The position numbers were made by a program, and so were the translations under genes. Source: Tubiluchus corallicola (Eukaryota > Animalia > Priapulida). Taken from it: a stretch of DNA of 64,000 nucleotides. This document shows, one piece after another, positions 27,051-39,981 of this stretch. Within the stretch, counting starts at the first letter, position 1. Every line of letters starts with the position of its first letter. The DNA lies in NCBI GenBank assembly GCA_030141605.1, contig JAQGDQ010000113.1, forward strand, positions 1 to 64,000, written 5' to 3'. A model generated the notes under the pieces. The model was not told the origin of the DNA. It saw nothing but the letters and a program-made list of their open reading frames with translations, and did not search any database.

Positions 27051-27989
27051 TAACGTCAGTGTTATGCACTTTTCCAGATTTTGAAGCCTATTTTTAGCAA
27101 ATTTGTTAGATTACGTTGCTTTTATTGTTATTTTGCACACATTTAATAAACTGATTGTAGACCTACAGTGTACGTAGCTCAAGACAAGTTGTTTTTACCA
27201 CAAAATAAAGCCAAAATCATGACAACATAGAATTTTCGTCCAAAATATTTTTTTATTGCAACATCGTAATACAAGTTTTTTTTCCAAAGGCATGTGTTCA
27301 AAAGTCAAAAATACTTTTATACAAATATCACAAGGTCGTCCGCACGGGGATGGAAGAGGTAAACAGAATGAGGTCCCCCGAGACACCTCTATCACAGCAA
27401 TTGTGACAACCAAAAAGGCCAGCTTTGTTAGTAAAATATTGCTAAAGTAACTAGATACACATTCAGCAGTTCAAAATTTACCAACGAAGTAATCCCATTT
27501 CAACTTTGTGAATGTTAACATTGCTTACTTTGCTGCCAAATTTGCAACTGAAGTTTCTACTTATTTACAATGATAAAAAGACTTGTGCAAGAACTGAGCG
27601 GTTACAAGTGCGCACATGCACACCTTTTCAACGTCGTCAGTTTTGCATATTTCCATTGTCAGAATAAAGAACCACCAGAAATGGCGTAGGTTTTCCCATT
27701 TAATGGAAATTCCGCTCGTAGTCCTGTATCGTTTCCTGGTCAAGAGGCAGTTTAGAATCATACAAACGCTTTTGATTTGAATTTTTCTGAGAAATTAATT
27801 TAAATTTAACAAGTTGCTAGTCTCACTCTTTTTTACATTTGATTATAATTAGAAACATATTAACTTTGCAACACAGTCGTTAATGTTTGATGTGGATGCC
27901 AATCATTTTTAATCGTTGAAATTAATTATTGTGATGTGATGCGAAATTAATGTCGCTTCATCTGAGGTCATTTGGATGACGTCACTGGT

Positions 27990-28204
27990 TTACTCTCCTC
28001 TGTAGATATTGTCAACGTCAGCAAAACCCCATATTGGCTCCTCAATGTCGTAGTTGTACAGAGTTCGTGGTTGTTCATAATTATGACCCTCCCTAGAAAA
28101 TAGTAATAGTCGCATATGTACTGCTGAAGGAAATGTTAGCACTGCACTTTAATAATGCCAGTAGCTGTTAAAGTACATGCAGTATATTTCACCTTAACAA
28201 CGAT

Positions 28205-28283
<79 letters not shown>

Positions 28284-29499
28284 GCAGCAGCAGCAGCAGC
28301 AACAGTGTTGTCATTGTTTACTTAATTCGTATCCACAGTACTTGCAGCTAAAACACCAAAAGAACAGACCAGTAATTTCAGAAGTTATTTCCTAACTCAA
28401 GTAACAACGTATTACATTTGTTCAATAAGAGCAAATAATGAAAGCAGAGGAAATGGTTTAATGTGTATACATACCTGTATCTGTACTCATATCCACGTGT
28501 CTTTGACGCTGTCTCAGAAGCCTCAGCCTGGTCTCTGCTAAACAGACTTCCTGACGCACTGCCCTGTCTGGTGTAAGTCAAACTACTTGATCGTTCACCG
28601 TCTCCTCTTAGGCCACCACTGCTGATTGGTCCATACCGGGTTGTTGTAAAATACTCTGGTACTCCAGTGGCAACTGGGGAAGTGTCTACTCTTCCACCAC
28701 CGCCCTCCAAACGGACATTCTGGGCAAATTGGACAGCAGCGCCACCAGTACGACGTGGTTGAAACCCAAAGGGTTCAGTGCCAGTTGACACTGTCTGTAC
28801 TCGTCGGGTCTCAAAGCCAGATGTACCACCACGACCGCCGGTCGAGAATGTCTGAAAATCAGCCCCTCCACCAGTTCCTGATGTTGAAGTCCTTCCTCCT
28901 CTAAATGAAAACGTCTGCTGGCCTGTACCTCCTACTCCGCCATCAAAGCCACCGTCAACGCCGCCTGAAATGGAGCCACCTCTTCTTTCAGAGAATGTAA
29001 AGGAAGAAGATTGTCCTTGTCCAGTTCCACTTTGGCCGTCCTGGAAGGCTCCAAAGTCACCACCACCTCTGCCACCGCCAATGGTTTGGCTGCTTCGAGA
29101 CTGCTGAAATGAAAACTGTCCACCTCCTACACCGTCTCCTGCTTCACCGGTAATTTGGAAGCCACCGTCTGCACCAGCTCTTCCTCCACGGGAGAAACTT
29201 CTCCTTTCGCTGAAGGATGCGCTCCCAGAGGTACCACCACCAGCACCACCTCTAATTGCATTTATATCAAAAGTTGGTCTTCTATCGACAAATACCTTCA
29301 GATCTTCAATAGGTTGAGTTTGAAGTCCTCCGACTCTAACACCAGCTCTCACTCCCTGCAGGTCACAGTTTGGACAGTCTCCAGTTCCACCAGTAATTGT
29401 TTGACATTCGCCGTTTTGGCATTCGGTGCTTGAAAACGTTTGCCGTAGTTCTTGCGCTAAAGCACCAACGGCCAGGAGAACCACAAGTAACAGTTTCAT
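27990..29499 (-). CDS. Secreted Gly-rich protein, family member B (375 aa) with the shared C-terminal domain
   Basis: Coding exons 29499-28475 (AG|GTATGT, phase 2) and 28092-27990 (EGHNYEQPRTLYNYDIEEPIWGFADVDNIYRGE*). Signal peptide MKLLLVVLLAVGALA. Close paralog of A. Confidence 0.88.
28205..28283. repeat. (AAC)n/(AGC)n microsatellite in the last intron of gene B
   Basis: Read directly. Confidence 0.95.
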
Positions 29500-29647
29500 T
29501 TTGTACTAAAAACAAAACAAAATCTACATGTAATTAATTATTATGATCGTAATGTCAAGATTATTGTTAATGATGGTACAAACTCACAATCAATTAAAAG
29601 TTGATATCAAAATTGAAAGGCATCAAACTTGGAAAAGTTGGGTACAA

Positions 29648-29712
29648 CTCGGATTTGAATCTTGGACCGTCTACTTACGAGGCAGACGCCTTAGTTCTCT
29701 CAGCTACTGTAT
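29648..29712 (-). pseudogene. Degenerate tRNA-derived sequence (SINE head or tRNA pseudogene, CGT anticodon-like loop)
   Basis: TAGCTGAGAGAACTAAGGCG-TCTGC-CTCGTAA-GTAGA-CGGTCCAAGATTCAAATCC: A-box-like, anticodon arm and B-box-like parts, without a good acceptor stem. Confidence 0.5.
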
Positions 29713-30153
29713 CTCCCAGTGATCAAGGCGATGGTCTGGTCAACTTTAACTAGAGTGTCTTTACTATACGCTGATGCTATAGAGATCTATGGGTCTAAAG
29801 TTTTCACCCAAATTTTTAAATTTTTAATGATATATTAATCTCAATTCGCAATGTTAACTAAATTAAAATTAAATTAAATTTTCTTTGTCTTAGTTGGCGC
29901 TGATTTGACGTAGGCTAAGTTTTTTGAGATCCTTTGCACTCCTTTGCCACCAGTTTATTAGGACACCCAAAACAAAATTATAATTTTGACGCTTTTGGTG
30001 GTAATGCAAGTTTTATTGCATCTTTTTCCTAAAAAATATCTTAAAATATTTGCTTTTGGCGAAGAAATAAATATAAGATGACCTTATGAAAACAATTGGA
30101 ATAACTTAATATGGAAAGGTCTCTAAGAATTTATTTATAATAAAAATTCTCAC

Positions 30154-30244
30154 CTGTTTACTGGACAGAGGGATAGAACACAGGCAACTAGACACGGCTC
30201 CACCTGAGATGAACCACCCCTCTTTGCATGCCTCTTCTTTTATA
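30154..30244 (-). promoter_or_regulatory. Predicted TATA box (30238-30244) and non-coding exon 1 of gene B (donor after 30154)
   Basis: TATAAAAG, Inr-like TCATCT about 30 nt downstream, CAG|GTGAGA donor; matching acceptor at 29506. Confidence 0.65.
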
Positions 30245-31439
30245 CCTCACGGAGCGTGATCGTGACCTAATTTTCACCACCTACTCCCACTTTTCCATTT
30301 TTTGTTGAAAAGATTTTTCTGGCGCCTGGCTAACAGCCGATGCGTGTACCATCTACGGCGCATGCGTGAAAATTACCAACTTTTCAACATGCTTTTTGGT
30401 AATCAAAAATTAGTTCGCACGAATTGCGAAATAATAGTCACTGAATAAATAATTTCTATTTTATGAAATAATCTAATAAATTTACTCGCAAATACGGTGT
30501 TTTGAAACGTAAAATTGCCATTGAATCTTCCAAAAATGTTGTCAATTTCAATATCGCAAGTTCGCAAATAGAGAATTGTATGTTAGTAACGAGAAGCATG
30601 AAAGGGTAAGCACACTTTCGAAAGCTAGCTAGGTCTAATAGGGTGCGGTTTTAATAGGATTTTAATTTTATGAAGGAGCAGTAATACAATTATTGTCGAA
30701 CAGTAGATTAAAAGTAACTCGATGTTTTCAAAGTTAACACGCGAGGCAGGTAGTTCATGTTAAGAATGGCCTGTTCGACTGCTAATGCATTCAAGGTTTT
30801 CCATATCGACCTGCGCACAAAGGGCGTTTCAAGTAAGGTGCAGTAGTTACGTCGCGATTTTTGAAATTTGAGATGTCGTAGAAGAATGAAACTATAACTT
30901 GAAATATGTTAGGTTTATTGAATGTTAGTTAGGATTCGGAAAATTTACCATTTAACTGTGGAATTATTGTTTGGTTAATTGCTTACAATGTCTGTTCAAC
31001 TATATTATAATTTATTGTTCGCTTAAACACACATTGGTTAGCTAATGTTACACTCCGCATCAACTCACGAAACAAACAATCATTCTTCAGATTATACTTT
31101 GTGCAAATATTTTCACTGTCAGGTAGTTTTACTCTGTGTCTGTGCGCTTAAAAAATATTGGACTGAATTCGACTTAGCTCGGGAGTTTGTGGGTCGATTA
31201 TCGATCCTGTATAGTTACTTAACTAATGAAATTTTCTAACTACAAATGTTGCCTTGATCAGTAATGATTTGTTTATGAAATAGCTGCATATACTTCTCGC
31301 AGCGTGTCATACACAAAATTTAACACTAGAATGACACTATAACCAGCTTTATTATCAGCACTTGTAGCAGAAAAGGGGGAACAAGATACACAAAAAACTA
31401 ACTTAAATAACAGTACTCGTATATTAGGCCGAAAATAAT

Positions 31440-32170
31440 AATAATAATAAGTTTAATAATAATCAATTTATTTATCATTATTACAACCAAAAGGTTGAAT
31501 TACAGTACAGGATAAACATACAAAGTATAATTCTTTTTAAAAGAATAAGCAAGATAGAACATACAGCGATAAGCATTATTATACTATTACAAGATATATG
31601 AACGAAATAAGTCAAAACTCAAGTTTGGAAATTAAATAAGCCATATGAAATAAAACTGTTATTGAATCTCTCTGTTCTGCATCTAGGTACTTGAGACGGT
31701 GGCGAGTTCTATATCTATGAGTACAGGCATCTGGCAGTAAAGTGTGGATGTTACTATTAGTATTCTTAATTGATAAGAAGAACTTTTTGCAAGAATTTCG
31801 CGACGGTTAAGTAATTTCGCGACGATTGAAGATTAACAAAAAGGAGAGCATTTGCATAGTTTACACTTGGAAAAATGATTTTCAGTGAGCGTGTTTGAAC
31901 AGTTTCTAACACATCAAAAAGATTTTGGGAGAGAGATGAGTGCCATACCTGACAAGCGTATTCAACAACTAGCCTAATCACGGTGCAGTACATATCATTA
32001 GGAGATGTCACAGCTCTTTTCATTAGTCGCAAAAGATAAATTCTTTTACTCGGTTTTGCGTAAATTGAATGGGCATGGGTGCTCCGTGCTAAATCTTTAG
32101 CTATTTGTACACCTAAAAGTTTAACCGAATCATCTCTTTTTACATTAAAATTAGAGACGATTTACCTTCA
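31440..32170 (-). mobile_element. Degenerate CR1/L2-group LINE 3' fragment
   Basis: VKLLGVQIA and YCTVIRLVVEYACQVWHSSL...QTRSLKII remnants; (ATT)n-type tail near 31440. Confidence 0.7.
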
Positions 32171-34620
32171 AAATCCAGGCTTGACCTCTATACGTTTTTA
32201 TACTGACATTCCAGGTCAGCTGGCTTCTCACACCACGTGTAGGTCTACCAAACAAGACGTCTCCCCACAAAGAAGTGATGAGTCGCTGCTAATGTGGAAG
32301 TAGGGAGTGCAAGAGGCCCTATGCCAGCAGGTGTCTCCGTAACAATGTTACTCTTCATACAGTAGCGCTTTTGTCCGTATGTCTTATGCCTTTTTGACCA
32401 GATCATTCCAGAAATTTTGATGCAGAGTGGCCAGTGCCCAGTGTATGACCGATGTGTCAAAGTCTGCATGAATTCCTGCACTTTTTCGTGCTATATGACT
32501 TAGAATTGGAAGTTTTCTGATTATATTTGTGCATTACAGATTGATAAACTAAGTAAGCTACAGCTTACAGGGCCTCGCAGCCCTAAAAATGTTCCGTTTT
32601 TGGTTTTTAAAAGTTAAAAAAGTCTGAGTGTGTTGACAGATGAAATAAGAGAAACAGTTTTATAGTCCTGAAACTTTTAAAATGAAAGATCAGAAATCCG
32701 TAAAGACAGTTTACCAAGATTTAATGCCTATACAGAGGGCGCTACTGTGCTTCTGTATGACTTGGCAACTAATATTGTTTAATTCACAAAAGCACAGCTA
32801 ACTTGTGTACAGTAAACTTGGCATTTAATTAACTCGCGCGCTGGTGTTTTGCATGAGTAACCTATATAAGATCAGCAAACCATACAAAGATAAGGTTAGT
32901 ACTTGTAAATACTTTATAACATTATTCAAAGTTATACTTAAGATTATTCACACGAGCGAATGCTGATGCTTACACGCAAAGTAACCTTGTGGAAAGCGCA
33001 AGCTATTTCTTTTCTTTGAAACGAGAGATATCTATCATTGTAATGAATTTATTATGAGTTCGTTAAGTGGATTTAGCCACAATTAACATGCTACAGCCTT
33101 TTTACTTTTTTGCCAAACTCTTGGTATATATTGAATTTTGCCCGGGGCACCAGTTGCCGCTAAATAGATGTATATGGTTGCAAATCAGTATTATGCGATG
33201 TAACATTAAAGGCATTATATGTAGTTTCACACTTTGTTTAGTTTTGAAAGTTATTAGGGGTTCTTTTCATATTAAATACTGAAAAGTAGTGACCCAAACG
33301 AGCGCAGAACTATTAAATTTTTGTAACCGAAATTAACGAAATGTGTAAAATAATACAATAATACAAAGGTCCCTTAATGCCTTGATCACAATTTAATAAT
33401 CACGAGCCCGAAACAACGTTACTTACACGACACGTAGATCTATTTATTTCGTACATGCTATTTATTTCAAAACATACAGGAGTAACAATCGTATTAATTT
33501 TTTTCTTTTTTTACTTAAACTCAAAAATTTTTGCCAGGGGAAGTGGCCTTCAGTTTTATAGGACAATTCGTTTTAATTGCTTTAATTTTCGTTCCGCCTA
33601 ATTTTATTTTATTGCATTTATTTTGATTTTATTTTTATTTTGTTGTTGTGAACTGTACTGTAATCATTTGCCATAAATAGTTAAATATTACTGAAGCATA
33701 ATTCAGTTAATAATAATAAAACAAAATTGAAATAAAATTGCGAAAAGTTGGTGCACAATGTCCAGGTTGCTGATGTGCCAGTTTTGATATTTCATTGCTT
33801 TTGGTAATGAGCAACGTTGTTCTTAATGATTACATTAAGTTTTGTATGTACACAAGGCTTAGACGTCAAATACCAGCAATCAGAATTCAAGCAGTTTTAT
33901 AGTAAAACGCTCATGCGTGAAAATTGATGACGATGAGAATTGGCGACTGCTATTCTCTATTATTATTTTTCCTTGCAAAAACTTTTCGACCCGAAAGTCT
34001 CTCTCTTTGTGCTTAATAATTACAAAATACCTTTTTACTCACGGATCAGCGTGCACAAAAGCTTAACCTTGGATTAGTGCAGCCGGGCCGCTAACCAACC
34101 GCATGTTGCCTGTTGAATAACGGGAAACGCCCTTTTTCATTTTACCTGTTCAGGTGAGAATTTTAGGGAAAGGTCAGTAAAGATCATAAGCGCACTTGTG
34201 TGAAAAATGATCTTTTTTAAACGAAAAATGTCATTACTAGGGGTTTAAGCCACTTCAAATTTAAAAACATAAAATGTCAACAGCAGGTTTAAATTAGGTT
34301 TAAAAAATGAATATGTCCTCTCCTTTTTTCCAGTCCTGAATCAGCCTCTGTTTAAGCTCGGCAAGGTCAAGTCAACTGAGCCATGAAAGGAAAAAAGAAA
34401 AGAAGAAAAGGAAAAAACATCTAGAGTGGGAGTAAAAAGCAACACAAGTTACAGTGTCCTCCGCCGTTATAATGTTAAGTACACAGGTACCGGAATGTAT
34501 TTATAACTAAACAGCCCCGGTCCGATGTTTTTTTTTAGAAAACTTTGTGCCAGGTCTGCCAAAGGTACGGTTAGTGCCTATATTCAAAGAATACTAAGCG
34601 TACTATTTACTTTCCCACCT

Positions 34621-35187
34621 CAGATGAGCCCTAAAACTTTACACTTGAGCTTTACAACGTCATCAGATGAGCCCTAAAATTTTACACTTGAGCTTTACAA
34701 AGTCATCAGATGAGCCCTAAAACTTTACACTTGAGCTTTACAACGTCATCAGATGAGCCCTAAAACTTTACACTTGAGCTTTACAACGTCATCAGATGAG
34801 CCCTAAAATTTTACACTTGAGCTTTACAACGTCATCAGATGAGCCCTAAAATTTTACACTTGAGCTTTACAACGTCATCAGATGAGCCCTAAAACTTTAC
34901 ACTTGAGCTTTACAACGTCATCAGATGAGCCCTAAAATTTTACACTTGAGCTTTACAAAGTCATCAGATGAGCCCTAAAACTTTACACTTGAGCTTTACA
35001 ACGTCATCAGATGAGCTCTAAAAATTTACACTTGAGCTTTACAATGTCATCAGATGAGCCCTAAAACGTTACACTTGAGCTTAACAACGTCATCAGATGA
35101 GCCCTAAAACTTTACACTTGAGCTTTACAACGTCATCAGATGAGCCCTAAAACTTTACAGTTGAGCTTTACAACGTCATCAGATGAG
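34621..35187. repeat. 43-bp minisatellite, 13 full copies plus a partial
   Basis: Unit CAGATGAGCCCTAAAACTTTACACTTGAGCTTTACAACGTCAT with an exact 43-bp period and 0-3 substitutions per copy. Confidence 0.97.
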
Positions 35188-36119
35188 TTCCACGCGCGTG
35201 AGAAGTTACTTTTTGATTTCCAAAGTCCAGTTTAACGTCCAATGAGAGAAAAGTCCATCCACATGGCTGGCTTTTTGGCTTTTAACATGCATTAACGAAA
35301 CTGTTATATAGACGATTATTGATCTTATTGAAGGAATTATCATTACAATGGGGTTATTAAAATCTATGCATATATAAAGGTCGACCTCCACCGATAAAGT
35401 GGTTTATGGTGTCTAGTTTTGAGATGCGAAAAAAAGTCTAGTTTCATTCAGCCTAAAAGTTTTTTGTATGTGCCTTTAAAATGACTTTGTGTCAAAACTC
35501 TCTTTTTGTCTAAACTGTTATGTTTTTGAAATAATTTCTGCCATAAAGCATTTTCTGCAAATGTTTTTGAGAAAGATGACTCACTTCTAGATTTGAACTC
35601 TGATGCTGCAAAGTTACATATATACCAAATATGCCCAGGCCTAGCAGACATGGAGTATTTGGAATTTCGATGTCATGAATGCGCACTAACCACAAGGCAT
35701 ATTACGTGATAAAACTTGAAACCACTTAAAACACAGATTTTGTGTTTAATCATCTTGATGTTATTTTGATGTTACTAATGTCTGAAAGGAAATGGCCTCT
35801 CTCCGAGGTTGTAATTATTTATGAAATCTTCGTAGCTTATAGTAACCTCCTATATTGACCTTCAAGTACTAGGCAAGCTGAAATGAAAATCAGATAATTT
35901 CTTTATGTAAACTTGTTTACCTTTAACGCATTAATGATTGCCATCTTGTTTTGTACAGCTTTTATAGACAGGTTGTTTAGATATCTAATCAACAGGTATA
36001 CAATAGCACTTGAACATCATTATTATGTAATTCTGAAGTACTCGAGTTCAAATTTACGAAGAGTTTTCTCTTTTGTAAAACGTGTACTGGAGATAGATAC
36101 AAAACATAGTCTTGTAAAT

Positions 36120-37966
36120 TGAATAAAACTTATTTACACACACTTAGATTTAATTGGGGTATGTAGTAACGAACTGCTACTTTATAATATGCAAGCGAAG
36201 TACAATAAAAAGACTATGTAAAACACAAATAGAATTAGTCAGCAGTGACAAAGAAAAAGGTATAGTGATTTTAATTAATGATTGTTTATGCAACTTTACA
36301 AAACATTCACAACTATCAACAAAATAAATAATTACAATCGTGGTCACACATTGCCATTCTATAACGTGTGATAACGTTGTTGTTCATCTAACTGTTGACT
36401 ATGAAAAGCAAAGCCTTCAAATGGTCAACGAACTCTTCTGCTTATTATGTGAGAAATTAGTTCATAATTTCCGGAAATCTGATAATATTAGTGCTTTTAT
36501 AAATTTGGTTTGCACCAAGGTCACCTTAACTTTTGCAATAATGGGCAGTATGATTGTACTTCAATGTTTAGTTATTTGCCCCATTAAATGCTGGGGATAG
36601 TGTCCTAGAAACACGTATTAATGCCCACCTCCTCTTTCTAATCATGCATGATTTATTTTAAATTTGATTGAGTAATGGACTGATCATTTTGGTTTAAAGT
36701 ATATACAGATATTTTTCAATGCTAGCTGTTTATATCATTTCGTATAACTATGTCAACATTCGATTTCAAATCAAGTACCAGTCTTTATTTAGTATTCAAA
36801 ACTAACATTCAAGCCTTGTAAACATTCGTGAGCAATTCATAAAAAATTCTTTCATAACTTTCTCTATTTAACTTTCCATGGTGAAAATTTTTATTACAAA
36901 CAGTCTTTATTACAAAATATTATAACAGTAATTTTCTTCTTTTTTATTCTAAGGATTTTTAATCTTTACCACTAAACAAGTTCGATTGCATCTCTGGTAA
37001 ATGGAAGAACTGGTACGGCATGCACTTACTTCTTCCTTACCCTGACACACCAGATTTGTTCTTCGTGATCGTAATCAAAACGTTCCCTTAAGTGGCGTTT
37101 CCGTAGTATCCGGATGTAGTATCCGGAATACTTATGCGTTTATTGTTTGCAACGCACCCGTCTATCAGACCTGCGTTATGCGTTATTTTTCTGCAGCTAT
37201 TTCCAATTGATTTTTATTCCGCAGGTGGATAACGCGTACGCATTCCGGATGCTATGTAAACGCCACTTTATTTATTCATAATCACGTTCAATGTTGGAAA
37301 AATAATGGCATAATTAGTTAAACAATAATATAGAAACTGAAAGAAAACATACTTATCATTTAAACTGATTACTGATTTTCCAATTTAATAACTGAAATTA
37401 ATTAATCTGCCTCTGCGCTGATTTTAAGTTCTAGAACAGTTATCATGCAAAAATAAATTGCATGATGCTGCCACCTTGTGCTAAGAAATGAAAATAATAA
37501 AAAGACTGTCATTTTCTTATCTCAAAACAGAAAAAGAGACTGATATTGCATCTAATTTTACTAAGACCATTACTTATAAATTGTAATTTAAATGCTTGTT
37601 TGTTTGCTTGCTCGTTCATTCGTTTCTTTGTTCATTCATTCTCCCATTCATTTATTAGCTCACACTGCTTGGCTTTGTCACTCTTTTCATACGTTTGTTC
37701 ACTCATTAATCCCATTCCCAACATTAACTTATTCATTAAACAGTTGAAGTTAAAGTAATCTAGCTAACTGGCCAGCTGTTTGTTACCACATGGATCAGCT
37801 TTTATGGTTGTTGGATAGCCATTAATTGATTGGTTCAACAGTGGAGGAACTACAAAATGGTTTGTTAATAATGCGTTTATTTTCCTGTAATCATATTAAC
37901 AGCCATGCGTTTTAGTAGCATCTTCTCTAGCTTCGACCCGGTCCGCCCTGAAAAGCGAGCCGGTAA
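36120..37966 (-). pseudogene. Decayed duplicate (C) of the 3' part of gene D
   Basis: 37884-37965 matches the end of D's domain exon (GSLFRADRVEAREDATKTHG). The last exon (about 36966-37293) reads ERDYE*IRERFDYDHEEQIWCVRVRKK*, with stops, a CAA acceptor and a MITE. Intron and 3'UTR are also alignable to D. Confidence 0.8.
37091..37267. mobile_element. 177-bp MITE with TTA target-site duplication (PIF/Harbinger, Tourist-like)
   Basis: TIRs AGTGGCGTTTCCGTAGTATCCGGA ... TCCGGATGCTATGTAAACGCCACT; TTA at 37088-90 and 37268-70; removing it restores alignment to D's last exon. Confidence 0.85.
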
Positions 37967-38704
37967 ATAAGTGAACCTTAGAAAAACATTAGAAAAAAAG
38001 ATGAAGAGGGAGAGTCATTAGATGAGAGCAACAGGAAAAGTTGGGGCGATAACGACAGTAATAGCAGCAGCGACGGCTACAACAGAGCAACAACAAGATG
38101 AAACTAAATGAGCTTAAATGTTTATAGTCAATTTTCCTTAATATTCTGAACGCATTATGTGTGTGTCACCAGTTATTTATATATTACGAAATTCTGATGA
38201 TACGTTTACAGTGAATAGTGAAAAGTGATATTTCATTGCACAGATTGATAAGTTCTAGAATGCTTGAGCGATTGGCGTTTTCATGCCTCCATTTTGAGAA
38301 CAGAAGGTTATGCAAGCAGCTACATTCATGAGTCTGTTTTGTCTGTGAATACGAGACAGTACTAATTGAAACCTTTTCGCGAGATCCGTTAGAGCATCTG
38401 TTGCGTTACTTTTGTTAACTTTCTAACTTGGGGAAGTCAGAAGATCACTACGAAAGTCGACGACAGTGGTAATAACGAACTCGACACGACAACGACAATG
38501 AAAATGACAACGATGATAGTGACAAATATTAATGATAACAACAACTTTGACTACGATTTGCTGGCCGTTACCGCAGGAAATGGTTTCATAAAATTTCACT
38601 TGGGGCAGCCATAATCATAATAGAGTTTTTAATAAACAGTCATTCGATTTACCGTGATGTAATGAAATGTTGATCATCATCATAGATAGACATAATCATC
38701 ACAA

Positions 38705-38719
38705 TCATCATCGTCATCG

Positions 38720-38781
<62 letters not shown>
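38705..38781. repeat. (CAT)n microsatellite
   Basis: Read directly. Confidence 0.95.
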
Positions 38782-38786
<5 letters not shown>

Positions 38787-39981
38787 GCCACAGTGTCGAC
38801 ATTTGACTAACAAGATTCTACGTATTCTGAATTTTTATTTGAATTTGAATAACATTGAGTTTGTGGAAAGACCAAGAGTTTGCTACCTAAGCACGCCCTC
38901 TAAGATGATTCAGTGAATCGACTGAAATATTTTACTATGTTTGGATGTGAAAATGTCCTTCCTCAATGAGGCGAACAGTCATAATCATATAGCAAGAGCT
39001 GAATACAGGTGAACAAGTATCATTCACTAACCAACTTGAGTGTCGCGAAGCATACACTGTGTCTACTATAGAGTAAAATCTATATGTAACGAAAGCCAAA
39101 TTTTAAGACTTTTATCGTGAATGTTTAGAAGTTAAGCAAAATTTTTTTACTAATTTAATTCCTACATTTGTGGAATTGTTTAGTTGTATTATTTTATTTT
39201 TTTATTTAAACGAGGGATTAAAAAAGACACTGTCTAGTTATACTAGGACACATTGTGATTTAGCTAAATTTCTATTTGCAGAAAAAACTACAATATGTTG
39301 TTTAGATTTTCCGTGCAGTCACGCAAAAGGTTTTATTCCCATTAAACTTTCTCTAGGATTCAAAAGAAGTCTAATGCTTTGGCGCATGTTTAAACTTAAA
39401 CTTCCTACTGTACACGAAAAAAACTTGTATGGTGCCTAAGCTTTTTTGCATGGAAACGTTTGGGTTTTTGCGCCTGTGATGTCTTTAAAAGCCTTTGCGT
39501 TGCAGTGACGGGCTATAGCTACTGCGAAACACAAAATATAGTCCTATAACGTGAATAAAATTTATTTACACAAGAGTTAACTGTAACAAGTAGCAATGTA
39601 TAGCACTTTGTAACATCAAAACAAACTACAATAAAAACTATATGAAATATAAATAAAAATATACAGTTGTGACAATGAAAAGGCCATCATGATAATAATG
39701 ATTATTTATGCAACTTTTACAAAATACTCATTGCTCAAAACTATTTACAATGTTTATAATTACAGTCGTGTGCACTATTCACAATAAATTTCTATACCTA
39801 TGTGAAAATGCTCAAAACTCTTTGTCCTTGTTTACATGAAGAATGTGATTTTATAATGTTAGGAGAGATTGATAACAAGATATTTGGTAAATCTTTCTAT
39901 TCAGCCCTCAGTTTGAACTATTTTATCTTTACTAAAGCACTGTAAATTCATTCTTCATTCTTCTACATGCATTCTCAGTCT

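Noticed and set aside
28378-28474. Hydrophobic C-terminal tail of B (YVYTLNHFLCF...)
   Set aside because: Intron read-through past the conserved phase-2 donor
29648-29712. Functional tRNA-Thr(CGT)
   Set aside because: Acceptor and T stems do not pair; treated as a SINE or pseudogene
33912-34164. Two 14-mer matches to gene B's promoter and first donor (CATGCGTGAAAATT, CAGGTGAGAATTTT); possible spliced-leader RNA
   Set aside because: Orientations are inconsistent, several 14-mer matches are expected by chance in 64 kb of AT-rich DNA, and no SL RNA structure is evident
34621-35187. CRISPR-like array
   Set aside because: The whole unit repeats with no unique spacers, there are no cas genes, and the context is eukaryotic; it is a minisatellite
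39667-39685. Histone stem-loop or SECIS reading of the 3'UTR motif
   Set aside because: GGCCUUUUCA lacks the complementary 3' arm; there is no in-frame UGA and no evident SECIS core
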